Positions 9,049-18,632 of a DNA stretch of 64,000 bases are shown here, piece after piece (the first letter of the stretch is position 1; each line of letters starts with the position of its first letter). A model generated the notes under the pieces. It was not told the DNA's origin, ran no database searches, and saw only the letters and a program-made list of their open reading frames with translations. Source of the DNA: Thermoanaerobaculaceae bacterium (GTDB taxonomy: Bacteria; Acidobacteriota; Thermoanaerobaculia; Multivoradales; UBA5704); NCBI GenBank assembly GCA_963717295.1, contig OY970330.1, forward strand, positions 2,532,391-2,596,390, in the 5' to 3' direction. The position numbers and the translations under genes were made by a program.

Positions 9049-11115
9049 TTACACCAGCCTCAAAGCCTGAAGGATGACGTCGATCAGCTTGATTCCCACG
9101 AAGGGGACGAGGACTCCGCCCAGGCCATAGATCAACAGGTTGTCGCGCAGCAGGCGCGAGGCTGAGTGGCGGCGGAACTTGACGCCTCTCAAGGCCAGCG
9201 GAATGAGCACTATGATGATCAGGGCGTTGAAGATGACGGCGGACAGAATGGCGCTCCGCGGGCTCGCGAGACGCATGAGGTTGAGCCGGTCGAGCACCGG
9301 ATAGGTGGTGGCGAAGGCGGCGGGAATGATGGCGAAATATTTGGCCACATCGTTGGCGATGGAAAACGTGGTCAATGTGCCGCGGGTGATGAGGAGCTGC
9401 TTGCCGATCTCCACCACCTCGATGAGCTTGGTGGGATTGGAGTCGAGGTCCACGAGATTCGCCGCCTCCTTCGCCGCCTGGGTGCCGGAGTTCATGGCCA
9501 CGGCCACGTCGGCCTGGGCCAGGGCGGGGGCGTCGTTGGTGCCGTCCCCCGTCATCGCGACCAGCCGGCCGCCGGCCTGATACTCGCGGATCAGCTTCAG
9601 CTTGGCCTCCGGGGTCGCCTGGGCCAGGAAGTCGTCCACGCCGGCCTCGGCGGAGATGGCGGCGGCGGTGAGCGGGTTGTCGCCGGTGATCATCACCGTC
9701 TTGATCCCCATCTGCCGCAGCTCGGCGAAGCGCTCACGAATGCCGCCCTTGACGATGTCCTTGAGGTGGATCACTCCCAGGACGCGGGAGCCCTCGGCCA
9801 CCACCAGGGGCGTGCCGCCCGAGGTGGCGATCGTCTCCACCTTGGTGCGCACGTCGGGAGGAAAGGAGCCGCCCTGGCCCACCACGTACGCTTCGACGGC
9901 GTCCGCAGCGCCCTTGCGGATCTGGCGGCCGGCGAGGTCGACGCCGCTCATGCGGGTCTGGGCCGTAAACGGCACGAAGCTGGCTCCCAGAGCGTGGACG
10001 TCGCGCTCGCGAAGGCGATACTGCTCCTTGGCCAGCACCACGATGCTGCGCCCCTCAGGAGTCTCGTCGGCCAGCGAGGAGAGCTGGGCGGCGTCGGCCA
10101 TCTCCTCCTCCCGGACCCCGTCCGCCGGGAGGAACTGGGTCGCCTGCCGGTTGCCGAGAGTGATGGTGCCCGTCTTGTCGAGCAGCAGGACGTCGATGTC
10201 CCCGGCCGCCTCCACGGCACGGCCCGAGGTGGCGATGACGTTGGCCTGGATCATGCGGTCCATGCCCGCGATGCCGATCGCCGAGAGCAGGCCGCCGATG
10301 GTTGTGGGAATCAGGCAGACGAGGAGCGCCGTGAGCACCGTCACCGTCACCGCGGTGCCCGCGCCGCACGCCTTGATGCTGTAGATCGAGAAAGGCAGCA
10401 GAGTCACCGTGGCCATCAGGAACACCAGCGTCAGGCCGGCGAGAAGAATGAAAAGGGCGATTTCGTTCGGCGTCTTCTGGCGCTTCGCGCCTTCGACCAG
10501 GGAGATCATGCGGTCGAGGAAGGTTTCGCCGGGATTCGCCGTGATGCGGATCACCAGCCAGTCGGAGAGCACCTGCGTGCCGCCCGTCACCGAGCTGCGG
10601 TCGCCGCCGCCCTCGCGGATCACCGGCGCGCTCTCGCCCGTCACCGCGGCCTCGTTGACCGAGGCGACGCCGTCAATCACCTCGCCGTCGCCGGGGATCA
10701 TAGAGCCGGCCTCGACGAGCACGACGTCCCCTTTGCGCAGATCGGTGGAAGAAACCTGAATAGACTTGGCGTCACGCCGCGGCTCTTCCAGCCGCTTGGC
10801 GAGAGTGGTTTTGCGGGTGTTGCGCAGGGCGGCGGCCTGGGCCTTGCCGCGCCCTTCGGCCATGGCTTCCGCGAAGTTGGCGAACAGCACCGTGAACCAG
10901 AGCCACACGCTGACACCGAGGATGAACCCGGCGGGAGCCTCACCCTTGCCGGCGAGCGCCTGGATAAAGAGACCCGTAGTCAGAAAGCTGCCGACGTACA
11001 CCACGAACATCACGGGGTTGCGCAGCATCAACCGGGGGTCGAGCTTACGAAAGGAGTCCTTGATCGCCGGACGGACGATCTTGGGATCGAACAGAGACGT
11101 CTTGCGGCGGGACAT
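9049..11115 (-). CDS. kdpB: K+-transporting P-type ATPase subunit B
   Basis: 688 aa with the P-type motifs [15 protein letters not shown] and [14 protein letters not shown]. Confidence 0.95.
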   Translation of the reverse strand: MSRRKTSLFDPKIVRPAIKDSFRKLDPRLMLRNPVMFVVYVGSFLTTGLFIQALAGKGEAPAGFILGVSVWLWFTVLFANFAEAMAEGRGKAQAAALRNTRKTTLAKRLEEPRRDAKSIQVSSTDLRKGDVVLVEAGSMIPGDGEVIDGVASVNEAAVTGESAPVIREGGGDRSSVTGGTQVLSDWLVIRITANPGETFLDRMISLVEGAKRQKTPNEIALFILLAGLTLVFLMATVTLLPFSIYSIKACGAGTAVTVTVLTALLVCLIPTTIGGLLSAIGIAGMDRMIQANVIATSGRAVEAAGDIDVLLLDKTGTITLGNRQATQFLPADGVREEEMADAAQLSSLADETPEGRSIVVLAKEQYRLRERDVHALGASFVPFTAQTRMSGVDLAGRQIRKGAADAVEAYVVGQGGSFPPDVRTKVETIATSGGTPLVVAEGSRVLGVIHLKDIVKGGIRERFAELRQMGIKTVMITGDNPLTAAAISAEAGVDDFLAQATPEAKLKLIREYQAGGRLVAMTGDGTNDAPALAQADVAVAMNSGTQAAKEAANLVDLDSNPTKLIEVVEIGKQLLITRGTLTTFSIANDVAKYFAIIPAAFATTYPVLDRLNLMRLASPRSAILSAVIFNALIIIVLIPLALRGVKFRRHSASRLLRDNLLIYGLGGVLVPFVGIKLIDVILQALRLV

Positions 11116-11116
11116 T

Positions 11117-12868
11117 TCAATTTCCTCCGGCCAGCATCTGCAGGTGCTCGACGATGGGGCCGAGCGCCAGCGCCGGGAAAAAGGTCAGGGAGCCGACCAG
11201 CACGATGACGCCGATCAGCAGGACAACGAAAAGCGGGGTGTGGGTCGGCAGCGTGCCACTCCCTGACGGCACCTGCTTCTTGCGCGCCAGCGAGCCGGCA
11301 ATGGCAAGAGTCGGAATGGCGAGCCAGAAGCGGGAGACGAGCATGTCGATGGCGCCGGTGATGTTGTAGAAGGGCGTGTTGGCGCTGACCCCCGCGAAGG
11401 CGCTGCCGTTGTTGTTTCCCTGCGAGGTGAAGACGTAGAGGATCTCGCTGAAGCCATGGGCGCCGGGGTTCGCGATCGCCTTCGTACCGGGCTCGACCAC
11501 CACCGCGATCGCCGTGAACAGCAACACGACGAGCGGCATGATGAGCACCACCAGCGAGGCCATCTTGATCTCGTACGACTCGATCTTCTTGCCCAGGTAC
11601 TCCGGCGTTCGCCCGACCATGAGGCCGGCGATGAACACGGCCACGATGACGAAGATCAGCATGCCGTAGAGCCCCGAGCCCACGCCGCCGAGAATGGTTT
11701 CTGAAAACTGCATGAGGAAAAGCGGCACCAGGCCGCCCAGCGGCGTGAAGGAGTCGTGCATTGCGTTGACGGCGCCGCACGAGGTGGCGGTGGTGGCGGC
11801 GGCGAAGAGCGCCGAGCGGGCGACGCCGAAGCGCACTTCCTTGCCTTCCATGTTGCCGCCGGGATTGACGGCCGTAGCCGTCTGATCGACGCCGAGCGGA
11901 CCCCACTTCGGGTTCCCCTGGGCCTCGGCCCAGTAGCCAAAGACCTGGAACGTGACGAGCACCAGCAGCATCGCGGCCAGGATGGCCCAGCCCTGGCGGG
12001 TGTCCCCCGCCATCTTGCCGAAGGTGTAGCAGAGCGCCGCGGCGATCACCGTCTCCGCAAGGATGAGCAACAGATCGGTCAGCGGCGTCGAGCTCTCGAA
12101 CGGATGCGCGCTGTTGACGTTGAAGAAACCGCCGCCGTTCGTCCCCAGATGCTTGATCGCCATTTGGGAAGCGACCGGCCCGACGGCAATTACCTGGTGG
12201 GTGACCGGCTTGCCGTCCGCGTCCTTGGTGGCCTCGACGAGGGTCGCGGTCTTATAGGGCGAGAGCGTCTGCACCACACCCTGCGAAACGAGCACCAGGG
12301 CGAGGACGAGCGACAGCGGCAGCAGGATATAAAGCGTCGTCCGTGTCAGGTCGACCCAGAAGTTGCCGATCGTTTTCGCCTTGCGCCGCACGAGCCCGCG
12401 GATGAAAGCGACGAGGATCGCCATGCCGGTCGCGGCGGAGGTGAAGTTGTGCACGGCGAGCCCTGCCATCTGCGTCAGATAGCTCATGGTGGCCTCGCCT
12501 ACGTAGGCCTGCCAGTTGGTATTGGTGGCGAAGCTCACGGCGGTATTGAACGAGGAGTCGGCGGAGACCGCGCCAAACTTCTGCGGATTGAAGGGCAACC
12601 AACCCTGCATCCGCTGCTGGACATAGAGGACGACCACGCTGACGGCGCTGAACAGGAGGACGGCGAGGGCGTAGGTCTTCCACTCCATCTCCTCCTCCGG
12701 CCGCACGCCGGTCAGGCGGTAGATCAGCCGCTCGAAAGGGCCAAGGATGCGGTCGAGGCCGAAGGGCTTGCCCTCATAGACCCGGGCAATGTAAGAGCCG
12801 AGCGGTTTGGCGAGCGCCAGAAGGATCACGACGAAGAGAGCGATTTGCAGCAGTCCGTTGGTAGTCAT
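11117..12868 (-). CDS. kdpA: K+-transporting ATPase subunit A
   Basis: 583-aa polytopic protein with a typical KdpA N-terminus ([28 protein letters not shown]). It sits directly between kdpF and kdpB. Confidence 0.9.
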   Translation of the reverse strand: MTTNGLLQIALFVVILLALAKPLGSYIARVYEGKPFGLDRILGPFERLIYRLTGVRPEEEMEWKTYALAVLLFSAVSVVVLYVQQRMQGWLPFNPQKFGAVSADSSFNTAVSFATNTNWQAYVGEATMSYLTQMAGLAVHNFTSAATGMAILVAFIRGLVRRKAKTIGNFWVDLTRTTLYILLPLSLVLALVLVSQGVVQTLSPYKTATLVEATKDADGKPVTHQVIAVGPVASQMAIKHLGTNGGGFFNVNSAHPFESSTPLTDLLLILAETVIAAALCYTFGKMAGDTRQGWAILAAMLLVLVTFQVFGYWAEAQGNPKWGPLGVDQTATAVNPGGNMEGKEVRFGVARSALFAAATTATSCGAVNAMHDSFTPLGGLVPLFLMQFSETILGGVGSGLYGMLIFVIVAVFIAGLMVGRTPEYLGKKIESYEIKMASLVVLIMPLVVLLFTAIAVVVEPGTKAIANPGAHGFSEILYVFTSQGNNNGSAFAGVSANTPFYNITGAIDMLVSRFWLAIPTLAIAGSLARKKQVPSGSGTLPTHTPLFVVLLIGVIVLVGSLTFFPALALGPIVEHLQMLAGGN

Positions 12869-12957
12869 CAGAAGCGCTCCGGTTTCAGCAGGGCCACGAA
12901 AAGGTAGATGGTCAGCAGCACCGTCACCACGAGCCCGAGGACGTAGAGCCAGCTCAT
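12868..12957 (-). CDS. kdpF: K+-transporting ATPase subunit F
   Basis: 29-aa hydrophobic peptide MSWLYVLGLVVTVLLTIYLFVALLKPERF. AGGAGG lies 8 nt upstream, and the stop overlaps the kdpA start. Confidence 0.8.
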   Translation of the reverse strand: MSWLYVLGLVVTVLLTIYLFVALLKPERF

Positions 12958-13061
12958 TTCCGTTCCTCCTGCGCCGCCGGTTCCAGAGAGGCGCACAGAC
13001 GCACGAAACCCCACGAAAGGGCGAAAAAGCCGAGAATCAAAAGGATGAAGACGAAGTCCAT
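12954..13061 (-). CDS. unannotated 35-aa single-TM peptide, translationally coupled to kdpF
   Basis: MDFVFILLILGFFALSWGFVRLCASLEPAAQEERK. AAGGAGGG lies upstream of ATG 13061. The TGA stop overlaps the kdpF ATG (ATGA). Confidence 0.5.
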   Translation of the reverse strand: MDFVFILLILGFFALSWGFVRLCASLEPAAQEERK

Positions 13062-13075
13062 GGGGGTGTCCCTCC

Positions 13076-13888
13076 TTAGAAGCGGACCGAGAGGCCAAGC
13101 CCGAAAAGCCAGTCGGGCGAGTCGGCGGTGAGCCCGCGGTCGAAGCTCAGATCGAGCTGGAGATCGTTGGCGACGAGGTACTTGATGCCCCCACCGAGGA
13201 AGGAGCTGTCGCTCGCCCCATCGAGGTTGGTGAGGATGTAGGCAGCCTCCCCATACGCGCTCCATTTCGGGGACGGCAGCGAGCGGCCGAGCAGTACGGC
13301 GAAGGTTTCCTGACTGTAGCGGCCGCGATCTTCCGGCCCATTCAGGTAGCCGGCCAAGGCGTCGGCGCTCCAGTCTTTGGTGAGCGCCCACTCCGCCATC
13401 GTGTTGAGCTGGTAGACGGGCCGCTCGGCGGAGAAACCCTTCTCCCCCACCGGCACGATCACGGAAGGAATCAGCGCCAGGGAAGGTCGGGCGCCCGCGT
13501 TGTCGACGGGGCGCCACTTGGCTCCCACCTCGACGTCGCCGAAACCATGGTCCGTGAAATTGGAGCCGCCGGACGTGACGCGCGTCTCGGTATAGACCGG
13601 GCTGCCGAGCCGCAGCTCGAACCGGCCGGTGAGGCCGTAGCGGATCAGGCCCACGAGGCTGGTGGAACGAAAATCCGTACCGCCGCCGTTGGCGATCGTC
13701 ACGGCAGGGATGCCGAGCTCGACTTGGAGAACGTGGGGTTTGACGGTAGGAATGCTGAACAGGATTCCAGGGCGGTCTGTGTTGATGGGGTCCGAGGGGA
13801 CTGGCGCCTGGGCGCGGGCACTGCTCGCCGCCATCAGGAAAAGAATGAATAGGGTTGTAATAGGAAGCTCTCTCATGGAAGACAGCAT
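13076..13888 (-). CDS. outer-membrane beta-barrel protein (transporter/MetA-like porin family)
   Basis: Signal peptide ending ...SSARAQA, alternating beta-strand pattern, and a C-terminal ...GLGLSVRF with terminal Phe. The alternative start is 13876. It is the first gene of the kdp transcription unit. Confidence 0.7.
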   Translation of the reverse strand: MLSSMRELPITTLFILFLMAASSARAQAPVPSDPINTDRPGILFSIPTVKPHVLQVELGIPAVTIANGGGTDFRSTSLVGLIRYGLTGRFELRLGSPVYTETRVTSGGSNFTDHGFGDVEVGAKWRPVDNAGARPSLALIPSVIVPVGEKGFSAERPVYQLNTMAEWALTKDWSADALAGYLNGPEDRGRYSQETFAVLLGRSLPSPKWSAYGEAAYILTNLDGASDSSFLGGGIKYLVANDLQLDLSFDRGLTADSPDWLFGLGLSVRF

Positions 13889-13944
13889 CGCCCCGCACGG
13901 CGAAAGAAGTCCGTAGGGAGACCGAAAGCTTTGCGGAAGAAAGG

Positions 13945-13962
13945 CTAAAGAGTTTCTAAAGA
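13945..13962 (-). promoter_or_regulatory. candidate OmpR/KdpE-type direct-repeat box (TCTTTAG-N4-TCTTTAG)
   Basis: The minus-strand sequence is TCTTTAGAAACTCTTTAG, with half-sites 11 bp apart, about 57 bp upstream of the porin/kdp start. A near-identical box occurs at 16126..16143. Confidence 0.45.
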
Positions 13963-13990
13963 CGAGGGATGCCGCTGATCCATACCGTTA

Positions 13991-14254
13991 CCCCCCAATG
14001 TAGAGACGCCCGCAGGGTAGCGCTTGCGCTACCCCGTGGGGCGTCTCCGGATCGGCGATGAAATCCGAACAAGAGGGATGTTCGGCGGCGCGAGGGTGCT
14101 GGAGGCGGTTCTATGTTCGGAAAATCGGAGAATCGAGGGATCGGAGGACGAAGTGCCCGGGCAAGGTCTGTAATTTGCGGACGATATCTCCGCCTCGGAG
14201 ACGCCCCACGGGGTAGCGCAAGCGCTACCCTGCGGGCGTCTCTACATTGGGGGG
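13991..14254. repeat. perfect 59-bp inverted repeat pair flanking a 146-bp spacer (MITE/REP-like)
   Basis: 13991..14049 is the exact reverse complement of 14196..14254; I checked this base by base. Each arm is itself an imperfect hairpin (GAGACGCCC...GGGTAGCGC/GCGCTACCC...GGGCGTCTC). Confidence 0.9.
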
Positions 14255-14303
14255 GTGCCGTCCACGTAGGACCAAGACGTCGGCGCCCGTAGGGAATCGT
14301 CTA

Positions 14304-16079
14304 CTACTCGGCCGCCGCCGGGAGCGTGAACCAGAAGGCCGCTCCCCGGCCCTCCTCGCCCTCGCAATGGATCTCGCCGCCGTGCGCCTGGACGATGTTC
14401 CGGGAGACGGCGAGGCCGAGGCCGACAGTCCCCTGATCCTGGGTTCCCGGCACCTGATAAAGAGGCTCGAAAATGGCTTCACGGAAAGCCTCCGGCACGC
14501 CGCCGCCGGTATCGGTCACGGTAAAGCGCGCCCGGCCTTCCCAGGGCGTGGCCCGCACCGTCACCGCGCCGCCGGCCGGCGTGTGGGCGAGGGCGTTGCG
14601 CAACAGGGCCGGCAGCAGCAGCTTGACCCGCTCACGATCGGCAAGCACGCGGGGCGCTTCCGGATCCACTTCCGCCGACAGCTTCACCTGCTTCTCCTCG
14701 TAGCGGGACGCGAGGTCGCGCACTCCAGCCGCGACCAGATCGCCCGGCGGAATGGGCTCCAGATGGAGCTGCTCGCGGCTCTCTTCCATCCGCGACATGG
14801 CCTGGAGGCTCGCGGCGACCCCGGCGATACGTTCGGTGTCGGCGTGGGCACCGGCCAGCGCCCTTTCGATATCGTGAGCCGCATTGCCCAGTAACACGGC
14901 GTTCACCTGCCTGCCGCGGAGCCGGTCCGTAATGTCCTCCAGCACCAGGACCAGGGCTTCGGGACTGCCCTGACCACTGGCGAGGACCGCGCCATGCGGC
15001 AGGAAGAAGTGCTCGCGCCCTTCCAGAGAGACCCGGAGGGCAGCCTCCATGCCCGTCTTGGGGGGACGCCCGGACTCGATCCTCGCGATCAGCGGCAGGA
15101 GCCAATCGCGGTGCTGCCCGGGGAGCGTCTCACCCGGCCTGAAAGCGAGCAGGGTCGACGCGGCCTGGTTGGCGAGCTCCACTTTCCGGTCGGGGCGGTC
15201 CGAGGAGACCACGGCCACCGCCTCGGGGAGCTTGTCGATGGCGGCCTGGGAGATCCGCCGGGACCGCAGCAGGTGGGATTGATCGGTTTCCCGCAGCTCC
15301 CGCAAGCCGGCGGCCATGGAGTTGAAGGCGGCCGCGAGCTCGCCCAACTCGTCCTGCGAGGTGACCGGGACGGTGAGATCGAGATGACCCTTCTCGATTT
15401 CTCCGGCCGCCTCGGTGAGCCGCTCCAGTGGGCCCAGGATGGCGCGGGAAAGGAAGAGGATGCCGAGGCCCGCGACGGCGGTGCCGGCGAGCAGCAGCAG
15501 GGCCATCTCGCGACTCGCGTCCTTGGCCAGCTTGCGGGCGCGATCGTTGGCATCCACCATGTTCTGCTGGTTGAGGTTCAAAACCTCGTCGGCCGTCCCT
15601 TTGATCTGCTGAAAGATCGGGAAGAGCTGGCGGAAATAGAGGCCGCGCCTCTCCTCCAGAGGGACGTTCGGGTCCAGCACCCGCTCCAGCACGGGAACGT
15701 AGGAGGTGTAGAGCTGGCTCAGCCGCTGCGCCCGCTCCCCTTCGCCGGGCAGGGTGATGTTGCCAAGCTCCGTCTTCAGGGCCTCGTTGAAGCGGGGGCG
15801 GTTCTGCTCGGCGATCGCAAGCCCCTGCCGCGGTTCGCCGGCCAGGGCGAAGAGGGCGCCGCTGTCCATCCTCTCCAAGGCTTCCTTCATCCGCTCGCTG
15901 GCGATGACACTCTGATAGTTCTCACGCAGGATGACGTCGATCGAGCCGCCGAGGCCGGCGAGCAGCGAAATGCTCTGCACGCCCACGGCGATCAGGATCG
16001 CCAGCAGCAGCACGAATCCCAGGGTGAGCTTGGTGCGCAGCCCGAGGCCTGAGGGTTGGATCGGTGAGTTCGCGTCCAT
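14304..16079 (-). CDS. HAMP-domain sensor histidine kinase with four-helix-bundle-like periplasmic/N-terminal sensor
   Basis: TM helix (LGFVLLLAILIAVGV), a second TM followed by HAMP (LERLTEAAGEIEKGHLDLTVPVTSQDELGELAAAFNSM), an H-box-like NAAHDIERAL, and HATPase boxes (LLRNALAHTP, DTGGGVP, GLGLAVSRNIV). Confidence 0.8.
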   Translation of the reverse strand: MDANSPIQPSGLGLRTKLTLGFVLLLAILIAVGVQSISLLAGLGGSIDVILRENYQSVIASERMKEALERMDSGALFALAGEPRQGLAIAEQNRPRFNEALKTELGNITLPGEGERAQRLSQLYTSYVPVLERVLDPNVPLEERRGLYFRQLFPIFQQIKGTADEVLNLNQQNMVDANDRARKLAKDASREMALLLLAGTAVAGLGILFLSRAILGPLERLTEAAGEIEKGHLDLTVPVTSQDELGELAAAFNSMAAGLRELRETDQSHLLRSRRISQAAIDKLPEAVAVVSSDRPDRKVELANQAASTLLAFRPGETLPGQHRDWLLPLIARIESGRPPKTGMEAALRVSLEGREHFFLPHGAVLASGQGSPEALVLVLEDITDRLRGRQVNAVLLGNAAHDIERALAGAHADTERIAGVAASLQAMSRMEESREQLHLEPIPPGDLVAAGVRDLASRYEEKQVKLSAEVDPEAPRVLADRERVKLLLPALLRNALAHTPAGGAVTVRATPWEGRARFTVTDTGGGVPEAFREAIFEPLYQVPGTQDQGTVGLGLAVSRNIVQAHGGEIHCEGEEGRGAAFWFTLPAAAE

Positions 16080-16125
16080 GGCAGCCAGTGTCGGCCGCGA
16101 TGGGCAAGGAAGTCCGGAAGAAATC

Positions 16126-16143
16126 CTAAAGAGTTCCTAAAGA
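16126..16143 (-). promoter_or_regulatory. candidate OmpR/KdpE-type direct-repeat box, second copy
   Basis: The minus-strand sequence is TCTTTAGGAACTCTTTAG, about 47 bp upstream of the HAMP kinase start, in the 73-bp gap after the response regulator gene. Confidence 0.45.
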
Positions 16144-16152
16144 TCGTTGGTC

Positions 16153-16851
16153 TTACTCCACCGGCTCCGCCAGAAATCGATATCCCACCCACGGCTCCGT
16201 CCCGATGTAGCGGGGATTCGCGGCGTCGGGCTCCAGCTTGCGGCGCAGCGAGCCGACGTGGACTCGCACGGTGTCGACCGTGGTGGCCGGGGCGCCTTTC
16301 CAGACTTTGGCGATGATCTGGCGCAGGCTGACGGGACGGCCGGCGTGCCCGGCCAGCAATTCGAGGATGGCGAGCTCGGTGGGAGTGAGCCTCACGTCCT
16401 CGCCGTCGCGGACGACGGTGCGGCGGGCGCGGTCGATCTCGAGTCCCGGGAAGCGGAGCACCTCAGCCACCGGCCCGGCCTCGGCGCGGCGAATCTGCGT
16501 GCGGACGCGGGCCAGAAGCTCCCGCAAGGAAAAGGGCTTGGTGATGTAGTCGTCCGCCCCGCGGTCGAGGGCCCGCACCTTGTCCTCCTCCTCGCCGCGC
16601 ACCGAGAGGACGATCACCGGCGTGCGGTCGATGCGGCGCACGGCGGTGATCACGGCCATGCCGTCCGCCCTCGGCATGGCGAGGTCGGTGATCACCAGGT
16701 CCGGCCGGCTCTCCTCGAACTTCGCCTTCCCCTCCACCCCGTCGCCAGCCGAGATCGTGTCGTAGCCGGCCGCCTCGAGCTCGCGGCTCAGGGTCTGGCG
16801 AATGGAAGGATCGTCGTCGACGACCAGCACCAGCGGGGTTGCGCGGGTCAT
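16153..16851 (-). CDS. kdpE: OmpR-family response regulator, KdpE-like
   Basis: Receiver domain (VLVVDDD, LVITDLAMP, DDYITKPF) plus a winged-helix C-terminus (VRVHVGSLRRKLEPDAANPRYIGTEPWVGYRF), which closely resembles the KdpE C-terminal signature. Confidence 0.8.
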   Translation of the reverse strand: MTRATPLVLVVDDDPSIRQTLSRELEAAGYDTISAGDGVEGKAKFEESRPDLVITDLAMPRADGMAVITAVRRIDRTPVIVLSVRGEEEDKVRALDRGADDYITKPFSLRELLARVRTQIRRAEAGPVAEVLRFPGLEIDRARRTVVRDGEDVRLTPTELAILELLAGHAGRPVSLRQIIAKVWKGAPATTVDTVRVHVGSLRRKLEPDAANPRYIGTEPWVGYRFLAEPVE

Positions 16852-16858
16852 GTTTCAC

Positions 16859-17083
16859 CTAGGCGGCAAATCGAAGGATCTCGACTTCGGCGCCGTTCTG
16901 AATGGCCTTCTCCGCTCTCTCCAGAAGCTCCCCGGCGATCTCGTCCGACAGGTAATACTCTCCGCAATTTTCACACACGTCAGCGGGAACGTCCTTGAAG
17001 ATGACGACGGTCTCGCCACGCTGGAGTACAACCGTCACTTGGCCGAATCGGGTTTGGCCTTGTCGGCAGAATAGGCAGTTCAT
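16859..17083 (-). CDS. stand-alone YgiT-type zinc-finger protein (MqsA N-domain-like, no HTH)
   Basis: 74 aa with a CxxC...CxxC arrangement (MNCLFCRQG ... CENCGEYY). It is packed 21 bp after the kinase gene and 7 bp before the regulator gene. Confidence 0.7.
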   Translation of the reverse strand: MNCLFCRQGQTRFGQVTVVLQRGETVVIFKDVPADVCENCGEYYLSDEIAGELLERAEKAIQNGAEVEILRFAA

Positions 17084-17104
17084 GGCGTTCTCCTCGTCTT
17101 GAAA

Positions 17105-18589
17105 TCACGTATCCACCTCCCCCGGCTCCGGAGCCGCCGGCAGGATCAACCTCGCGATGGTACCTCCTCCGGGCCTGTCCAGGAGCGTCAGGGTGCCGCC
17201 GTTGGCATCGGCAAGGCCTCTCGCGATGCGAAGGCCGAGCCCTCCCGAGGCGCTGTCGCCTGCTGCATCCTCCTCGGTCCGCCGCAGGTCGCGGCTCCCC
17301 TGAAGCAGCCGCTTCACGCCCGGCGGCAGGCCGGGACCGCGATCCAGCACCTCCAGGCGAACCCGGTCCAAGATCTCCGGATCGGGGCTGGCGGCGAGCT
17401 CCAGGGCCTGGCCGGCCGGCGCCGCGCGCGCCGCGTTCTCCAGCAGATTGACCAGGGTCTCCAGGGCCAGCGAAGGATCGGCCCAGACTTCCGGACAGTG
17501 CGGCGCGACCCGGATCTCGACCGCCCGGCCGGCCAGGATGAGCGACAGGCTTTCCCGGGCGGCACGGAAGAGGGAGGACGGCGGTACGGGCTCAGGGTGC
17601 GGGCGGGCCACTCCGCCCTCCAGACGCGCCAGGGACAGCAGATTGTCGATGCGGCGCGAGAGGCGTCCCTGCTCCAGCGACAACCCGCCCAGGCTGGCGA
17701 GCGCCTCCGGCTGGCCCGCGAGCCGGCCTTCCAGGCTCTCGATCTCCAGCCGCATGGCGGTGAGCGGCGTGCGTAGATCGTGGGAAACAGCCCGCAGAAG
17801 CGAGGTCTTCAGGGTGTCGCTCTCGCGTACCGCCTCCAGGTGGGCCTCCTCGCCGAGCAAACGCTCGCGCTCGATGGCGAGAGCGAGCAGACGGCCCGCG
17901 GACTCCAGCACGGCCCGCGGCGCCACGGGTCCACGCGCCACGAGAATCCCGTTGGTCATGCCGCCCACGTGGAGGGGAAGGAAGACCGTGCCGCCCGCCT
18001 CGACGATCTCCTGGGTCTCCAGCACCCGCAGCAAGAGAGCCCTGTCGATCGGCAACGCTTCCGCCCCGAAGGTACTCACCGGCTCCTCCTGCCCCTCCAG
18101 ATAGAGCCCTCCGGCCTCGGCGCCGATGGCCCGCAGCGTCCGAGCTGCAGCCTCGCCCAGGACACCGGGCCGCTGGCTGGCCGTGAACAGACTGAAGCAG
18201 AGGTCGTAAAGAATCTCGACTTCCCGCCGGCGGCTCTGAGCCTCCTCGGCTCGCCGGCGGGCTGTGGCCACCAGCCGGCTCGCGACCGTCGAGGCGATGA
18301 GGAAGGTGACGAGCGCCGCCCAGTTGGCGGGTTCCTGGATGGTCAACGTGCCGAAGGGGGGGAGGAAAAAGAAGTTGAAGCACCCCATGGCCACCAACGA
18401 AGCAACGGCCCCCACCGCTCCACCCCCCCAGGTGGCGAGCCCCAGAACGAGCAGCAGGTAGGCGAAGCCGGCGGTGGTGGCATTGGCCCCGGCGAGGCGC
18501 GCGAGAAGAGTGACCAGGGCGGCGGCGAAGGGGAGGGCCACCCAGGCCGCTCCTCCCCGTCCCGAAATCGCGCGCGGATCGGCGGCCAT
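17105..18589 (-). CDS. KdpD C-terminal-half-like histidine kinase (DUF4118 TM block + GAF-like + HisKA + HATPase)
   Basis: TM block with the FNFFFLPPFGTL motif typical of the KdpD membrane domain. H-box LRAVSHDLRTPLTAM, N box LLENAARAAP, G boxes DRGPGLP and GGLGLRIA. Confidence 0.85.
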   Translation of the reverse strand: MAADPRAISGRGGAAWVALPFAAALVTLLARLAGANATTAGFAYLLLVLGLATWGGGAVGAVASLVAMGCFNFFFLPPFGTLTIQEPANWAALVTFLIASTVASRLVATARRRAEEAQSRRREVEILYDLCFSLFTASQRPGVLGEAAARTLRAIGAEAGGLYLEGQEEPVSTFGAEALPIDRALLLRVLETQEIVEAGGTVFLPLHVGGMTNGILVARGPVAPRAVLESAGRLLALAIERERLLGEEAHLEAVRESDTLKTSLLRAVSHDLRTPLTAMRLEIESLEGRLAGQPEALASLGGLSLEQGRLSRRIDNLLSLARLEGGVARPHPEPVPPSSLFRAARESLSLILAGRAVEIRVAPHCPEVWADPSLALETLVNLLENAARAAPAGQALELAASPDPEILDRVRLEVLDRGPGLPPGVKRLLQGSRDLRRTEEDAAGDSASGGLGLRIARGLADANGGTLTLLDRPGGGTIARLILPAAPEPGEVDT

Positions 18590-18632
18590 GCGTCCAAGTC
18601 TAGTGCTACTTTGCCGAATTGCCCTCTTGGGC

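Noticed and set aside
9166-11208. 680-aa ORF antisense to kdpB (similarly 11756..12907, 25990..28119, 28494..31148, 31416..32804, 33738..35720, 40760..42628, 46177..48045, 48038..49579, 53645..55216)
   Set aside because: All lie opposite genes with unambiguous family motifs and have low-complexity R/G/A/D/H-rich translations. They are high-GC antisense artefacts.
13889-14303. Looked for a K+/c-di-AMP-type riboswitch or leader in the kdp upstream region
   Set aside because: I could recognise no conserved riboswitch signature. The region is explained by the 59-bp inverted repeats and the direct-repeat box.
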